In this document: one piece after another, positions 34,543 through 38,046 of the stretch
Position numbering within the stretch: the first letter of the stretch is position 1
How the letters are laid out: every line of letters starts with the position of its first letter
Source of the DNA: a virus
Taxonomy: Duplodnaviria > Caudoviricetes
Virus record (IMG/VR): IMGVR_UViG_3300020045_008411
Location: 1 to 38,046 of that record
Reading direction: 5' to 3' (one strand)
Length of the DNA stretch: 38,046 nucleotides
The notes under the pieces: generated by a model
The model's input: the letters and a program-made list of their open reading frames with translations, nothing else
Told to the model about the DNA's origin: nothing
Database searches by the model: none
Made by a program: the position numbers and the translations under genes

Positions 34543-34752
34543 ATGAAAATGCATTACTTCGACCAAGCCGAGGCCGACCCAACCGACATGCTGTTGGACA
34601 TGGCCAAGATGCAAGGATACGTTCCGGAAACCTGCCTGCTTGCCGGGATCGTCGTCATGGCTGAGGTGAGCGACGGTCGCCGGCCATGCGATGGGTGTGC
34701 CGGCCCGCGTGAAAAATGCGGTGGTAGCGCGTCACAATGGAAAGCTCCCTGA
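34543..34752 (+). CDS. Cys-rich hypothetical protein, 69 aa
   Basis: GAGG RBS; C...CxxC...C. Confidence 0.7.
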   Translation: MKMHYFDQAEADPTDMLLDMAKMQGYVPETCLLAGIVVMAEVSDGRRPCDGCAGPREKCGGSASQWKAP

Positions 34753-34789
34753 TGCCTCTCGCCAAGCAAGTCTCTCAACACAAACGAGC

Positions 34790-34818
34790 TTGACGAAGCG
34801 GAAGAATCATCCTAGTGG
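34790..34818 (+). promoter_or_regulatory. Class-2 promoter with GANTC in the spacer
   Basis: TTGACG-aagcggaaGAATCatcc-TAGTGG. Confidence 0.7.
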
Positions 34819-34847
34819 TATGTTCCACATTCAGGAGACGGCGAAAC

Positions 34848-35090
34848 ATGAGCATTAATATGAAAATCTTGGCTTTCCTCGGAGGACTATACCTCCTCGC
34901 GGGGATTGCCACGTTCGGGCACGCGGCCGCTGCTACCAAGAAACGCGAGCAAGCGGAGTTCGCGCTGTGCGCCCCTGACGACACGACCTTCGCCTGCCTC
35001 GCCGACAATAGTGGAGAGACGGCGGTGATAACGGGAATGTTGGCTGGGATCGCTTGGCCCCTTTACGTTTCATGGGAGGTGTATTCATGA
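34848..35090 (+). CDS. Membrane/secreted protein, 80 aa
   Basis: AGGAGAC RBS; hydrophobic N- and C-terminal segments. Confidence 0.7.
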   Translation: MSINMKILAFLGGLYLLAGIATFGHAAAATKKREQAEFALCAPDDTTFACLADNSGETAVITGMLAGIAWPLYVSWEVYS

Positions 35091-35323
35091 AGAAACCACA
35101 TGCCATGACGTACGAGGAACTGAATGCGCTCCTCCATAACCGGATCATGGATATCGACTACGACGACGACGATCTCGTAGCTACCCGCGAGGAGACGTGC
35201 GCCCTACTATCATGGGCGCAACACTACCACAGAGCTTCCCAGCCACGTAGCGCCGAAGAGCAGCGGGCGTACGATATCATTCGCAGCGCCGCCGCTCTCT
35301 TGGAGAAACCGGATGGAAAATGA
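35087..35323 (+). CDS. Hypothetical protein, 78 aa
   Basis: GGAGG RBS; ATGA overlap. Confidence 0.7.
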   Translation: MKKPHAMTYEELNALLHNRIMDIDYDDDDLVATREETCALLSWAQHYHRASQPRSAEEQRAYDIIRSAAALLEKPDGK

Positions 35324-35705
35324 TCTGACGAAACTGGCCGCCATTTGTGCGTCCGCTTCGGCGCAGGATCAGCGCGCTCTGATGGAACACGCCTACACGC
35401 TCATCTTTCCCCGGCAATACACGGGCGGTCTCCACCCGCAATCAGGCTGGGCCGGCAACTGGCTGGAATTTGAAGCCATGCTCGATGCACGGGCATACGA
35501 GAGCGCGGCGCTTCTGCTGGTCCCCGAAGGGATGGCCACCAACCTGACAACGCCTTCGTGGGATCGCAGCGCGGCGATGATCAACTACCTACCAGCAATA
35601 GCTGTGGTGCACGCTCCCAGCGGTAAGCGCACAGCCGAAGCAAGTACTGCCGGCCTTGCCATCACGGCCGCCGCCCTCCGTGTCCAGAGTGAACTCACCA
35701 AATAG
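35313..35705 (+). CDS. Hypothetical protein, 130 aa (AALLLVPEG...AITAAALR)
   Basis: GGAGA RBS. Confidence 0.75.
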   Translation: MENDLTKLAAICASASAQDQRALMEHAYTLIFPRQYTGGLHPQSGWAGNWLEFEAMLDARAYESAALLLVPEGMATNLTTPSWDRSAAMINYLPAIAVVHAPSGKRTAEASTAGLAITAAALRVQSELTK

Positions 35706-35726
35706 GATTGCGGGACCAAAAACGTC

Positions 35727-35755
35727 TTGACGAACAGGAAGAATCATCCTAGGCG
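35727..35755 (+). promoter_or_regulatory. Class-2 promoter with GANTC in the spacer
   Basis: TTGACG-aacaggaaGAATCatcc-TAGGCG. Confidence 0.7.
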
Positions 35756-35785
35756 AGTCCGATCGAACACTGAACTGGAACAATT

Positions 35786-35992
35786 GTGAATCAAACTATC
35801 TTGCAGTTCATCATCTTCATGGCGATGACTTTGTACACCGCACTTGTCTTTAGGCTCGTGCGGATGGATCGCGTGTGGACGATGCTCGGCTACGTCATGA
35901 TGGCGGTGTTCCTGTGGATCGTCGCCGGCCGGATTGTGGTGGACTCGTGGACGAACTCGATCGGCTTCGGTCCTAGTGGGTGGTTGTTCTGA
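35786..35992 (+). CDS. Membrane protein, 68 aa
   Basis: Two TM segments. Confidence 0.65.
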   Translation: MNQTILQFIIFMAMTLYTALVFRLVRMDRVWTMLGYVMMAVFLWIVAGRIVVDSWTNSIGFGPSGWLF

Positions 35993-36360
35993 TGATGATG
36001 ACGAGGGAGCGCTACATCTCGCGCGAAGGTGCTGTAGCCATCATGCGACACGCCGCCGACTGGCTCGAAGCCAATCCGGATCGCCACATCACTGACGACA
36101 TGGCACTGACGAAAGACGGGGTTCGGTGTGCTACCCATGTACCAGATGCATATTGCTTCTGCGCTGTAGGGCGTATCCGCCACGAGGTCAAAGAACTGGG
36201 TATATATCGCCGCCCGTTCTGGAACTATTTCGACAGATTGAGCAATCATTACGCAGCCGAGCGAACATTGGTTTCTGTCAATGACTGCGACGGACAGGTG
36301 GCAGCAATCAAACTGATGCGTCAGTATGCTGATCAGGCGGAGCAACGCGAACTTGACTGA
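35992..36360 (+). CDS. Paralog family A protein, copy 5
   Basis: HAADWLEANPDRH...CFCAVGRI...VND. Confidence 0.8.
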   Translation: MMMTRERYISREGAVAIMRHAADWLEANPDRHITDDMALTKDGVRCATHVPDAYCFCAVGRIRHEVKELGIYRRPFWNYFDRLSNHYAAERTLVSVNDCDGQVAAIKLMRQYADQAEQRELD

Positions 36361-36841
36361 GCTAGAACACCTGCGGGAGGAAGCAGAGGCAGCCTATCAT
36401 CGCGCCCTTGCTGTCGTCCTATGTGGCGACGCGGTAACTCTCCAGACAGCAATGAGCGCGAACCTTGTTGCTTACGATCAGTATACTTCGGAACTCGTCA
36501 GACGCTTTCGCGATGGTGAACTCATCGAACGTATTGATAATGAGACACCCCAGCCGGCCGAACGCTGTGTGATCCTGTGCCCTCAGTGCGAGGGCGAGGG
36601 GAGTTACGCCGACGGGCTAGATGAAGCTGCTTGCTCTACGCCATGCACGCGCTGCGGTACAAATGGCTGGATCGTGGACCTAAAGGCCGCGCCATTCTTA
36701 GCTACCTTCGCAGCCCTGTCTCCATTCGCCGAATGCTGCGACCAGATCGGCGAAGATGAGAGCGACGAGGAATGGGCAAAATTCCGACTCTTGATCGGCG
36801 ATTACAGACGCGCCTCAGCGGCGCTTGGAGAACTACAGTGA
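36353..36841 (+). CDS. Zn-finger-containing hypothetical protein, ~162 aa
   Basis: CPQCEGEG...CTRCGTNG; TTG start after GGAG. Confidence 0.7.
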   Translation: MTELEHLREEAEAAYHRALAVVLCGDAVTLQTAMSANLVAYDQYTSELVRRFRDGELIERIDNETPQPAERCVILCPQCEGEGSYADGLDEAACSTPCTRCGTNGWIVDLKAAPFLATFAALSPFAECCDQIGEDESDEEWAKFRLLIGDYRRASAALGELQ

Positions 36842-37176
36842 AGCCTACCTCACCTACCAACGAAGAGATTGCGGCGCTGCTGTGGTTCACCGACGCAGCC
36901 CGTTCGGCTCCCAATGTGGCTAAGCACCGGACGCCGGAAGCGTTCGCAGAAGAGAGCGCTTATGTCCGCAGCGTATGGCTGGGTTACGCCAGCGCGTTGG
37001 CTGTCGGAGGCCTCGTCAAGTCCACCCAGCAAGAAACATGCGCTACAATCGCTGGAATGATACGCGAAACGACCACATGGGGCCTGAGCCGGGAACAGCA
37101 TATTGCGGTCGAGCGGTTCCGCAACTTCATCGCCAACAACGTGGATGAAATGGCGAAGATGGTGGTGGAGGGATGA
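36838..37176 (+). CDS. Hypothetical protein, 112 aa
   Basis: GTGA overlap; GGAGA RBS. Confidence 0.7.
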   Translation: MKPTSPTNEEIAALLWFTDAARSAPNVAKHRTPEAFAEESAYVRSVWLGYASALAVGGLVKSTQQETCATIAGMIRETTTWGLSREQHIAVERFRNFIANNVDEMAKMVVEG

Positions 37177-37436
37177 CGACAGGGACCGTCACAGATTCGT
37201 TCACCATCACGCTTCTCGCGGGCGGTATGGCAATCCACGAGATGCAATTCGAGGGCCTCACATGGTGGATTCTCCTCCTGTTCTTTTGTGCTGGGACGTA
37301 CTTCGCCGAGGGTTGCTACCGGCTCGTAATATGGCGCAAGACCAGCCGACCGACCTGTTTCGGTTCACAACCAACCGACCAGACGGCGGCTGAAAATGGC
37401 TGTCACGACTGCCCGAGCGAGTCAATCTGCCGGTGA
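37173..37436 (+). CDS. Membrane protein, 87 aa
   Basis: Hydrophobic segments; Cys-rich C-terminus. Confidence 0.6.
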   Translation: MTTGTVTDSFTITLLAGGMAIHEMQFEGLTWWILLLFFCAGTYFAEGCYRLVIWRKTSRPTCFGSQPTDQTAAENGCHDCPSESICR

Positions 37437-37510
37437 GGTCATTATGGCTTGACGTTAGGGTTAATTGATACTATCCACTGCTCAACACCCCGCCGACAGG
37501 TAGAGCAGTA

Positions 37511-37783
37511 ATGAGCGTCCACACCATCGCCTCCAAATTTCGCCGCGCGCTGCGAAATGGGACAGGAGCTAATTTCACCTACGATCAAATGCACCAGCTT
37601 GGTGAATATGGTGTATTGCGCATCCTCTCCGAAATGGAAGCTGAGGATTTATGTCGCAAGAAGACAGCCCCTACCGTCGTGACCCGTACTGGCTCGACAA
37701 AAGGCGCGACGGCCGCTCCAAGTTCTGGCAGATCGCCCGCGCAGAGCGACGCCAAGTCATATATCGAAGCACTGGCACAATAG
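37511..37783 (+). CDS. Small ORF overlapping the integrase 5' end (possible excisionase/regulator), 90 aa
   Basis: Position immediately upstream of, and overlapping, the integrase in another frame. Confidence 0.5.
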   Translation: MSVHTIASKFRRALRNGTGANFTYDQMHQLGEYGVLRILSEMEAEDLCRKKTAPTVVTRTGSTKGATAAPSSGRSPAQSDAKSYIEALAQ

Positions 37784-38046
37784 ACCTCGACGAGGCCAAG
37801 GCCAAGATGGATGCCTATATCGATGGGCTGAGATCATTGAGCCCGCAAGCGCCGGACGAAGCCGAGATCGCGGCTATGCTGATCAACTACTGGCGAGAGC
37901 ATGGTAGTAAGATCATCAACTCCGATCAATCAGCCCGCTCTCTTCGCACCTTCCTCGCATTCCTCATTCAGGACAGGATCGGTGTACGGGCCGTGGTCAA
38001 TGACCTGACCCCAGTTCTGTTCGAGCGATTCCGCGAATGGCGGATG
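37651..38046 (+). CDS. Tyrosine recombinase/integrase, N-terminal part (runs off the window)
   Basis: Not in the ORF track (no stop). MSQEDSPYRRDPYWLDKRRDGRSKFWQIARAERRQVIYRSTGTIDLDEAKAKM... carries the W...R.STGT.D..EA arm-binding motif; GAGGA RBS; open to the window end; catalytic domain not visible. Confidence 0.7.
   Translation, partial: MSQEDSPYRRDPYWLDKRRDGRSKFWQIARAERRQVIYRSTGTIDLDEAKAKMDAYIDGLRSLSPQAPDEAEIAAMLINYWREHGSKIINSDQSARSLRTFLAFLIQDRIGVRAVVNDLTPVLFERFREWRM

Noticed and set aside
26524-37247. Minus-strand ORFs in the right arm
   Set aside because: They are antisense to a continuous, translationally coupled plus-strand gene run.
1-38046. tRNA/rRNA genes
   Set aside because: No cloverleaf or T-loop GTTCRA in a suitable context was noticed by eye; tRNAscan-SE would be needed to exclude them.

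Overview
This is a 38 kb segment of a large tailed-phage genome with an alphaproteobacterial host, organised like a phiCbK-type (Caulobacter/Sphingomonad) phage; the host and phage group are inferred from regulatory motifs and gene order, not from a database match. It has four parts. (1) 1-20.75 kb is a minus-strand array of about 35 self-contained expression cassettes. Each has 1-3 small genes and is bounded by a conserved module: intrinsic terminator, phased TTAA-N7-TTA(A/C/G) CtrA-like boxes, a sigma70 promoter TTGACC-N17-TAGAAA carrying two YGATTCG (CcrM/GcrA-type) sites, a short leader hairpin and the RBS GGAGAC. Several genes fall below the ORF-track cutoff: an ArfA-like protein, an RMF-like protein, very basic mini-peptides, and four paralogous lipobox peptides whose terminator hairpin lies inside the ORF upstream of the stop codon. 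(2) 20.72-22.18 kb is non-coding, with GTTAAC clusters and 20-bp direct repeats, a probable packaging/terminus or origin region. (3) 22.2-25.9 kb is a minus-strand operon with terL, terS, a RuvC-like resolvase and three hypothetical genes. (4) 26.6-38.0 kb is a plus-strand run of small hypothetical genes with a second promoter class and a five-member paralog family, ending in the 5' part of a tyrosine integrase. Many ORF-track starts in part 1 are artefacts of reading through the repeat module and were corrected to the RBS-linked start. All family assignments are by-eye motif recognition.
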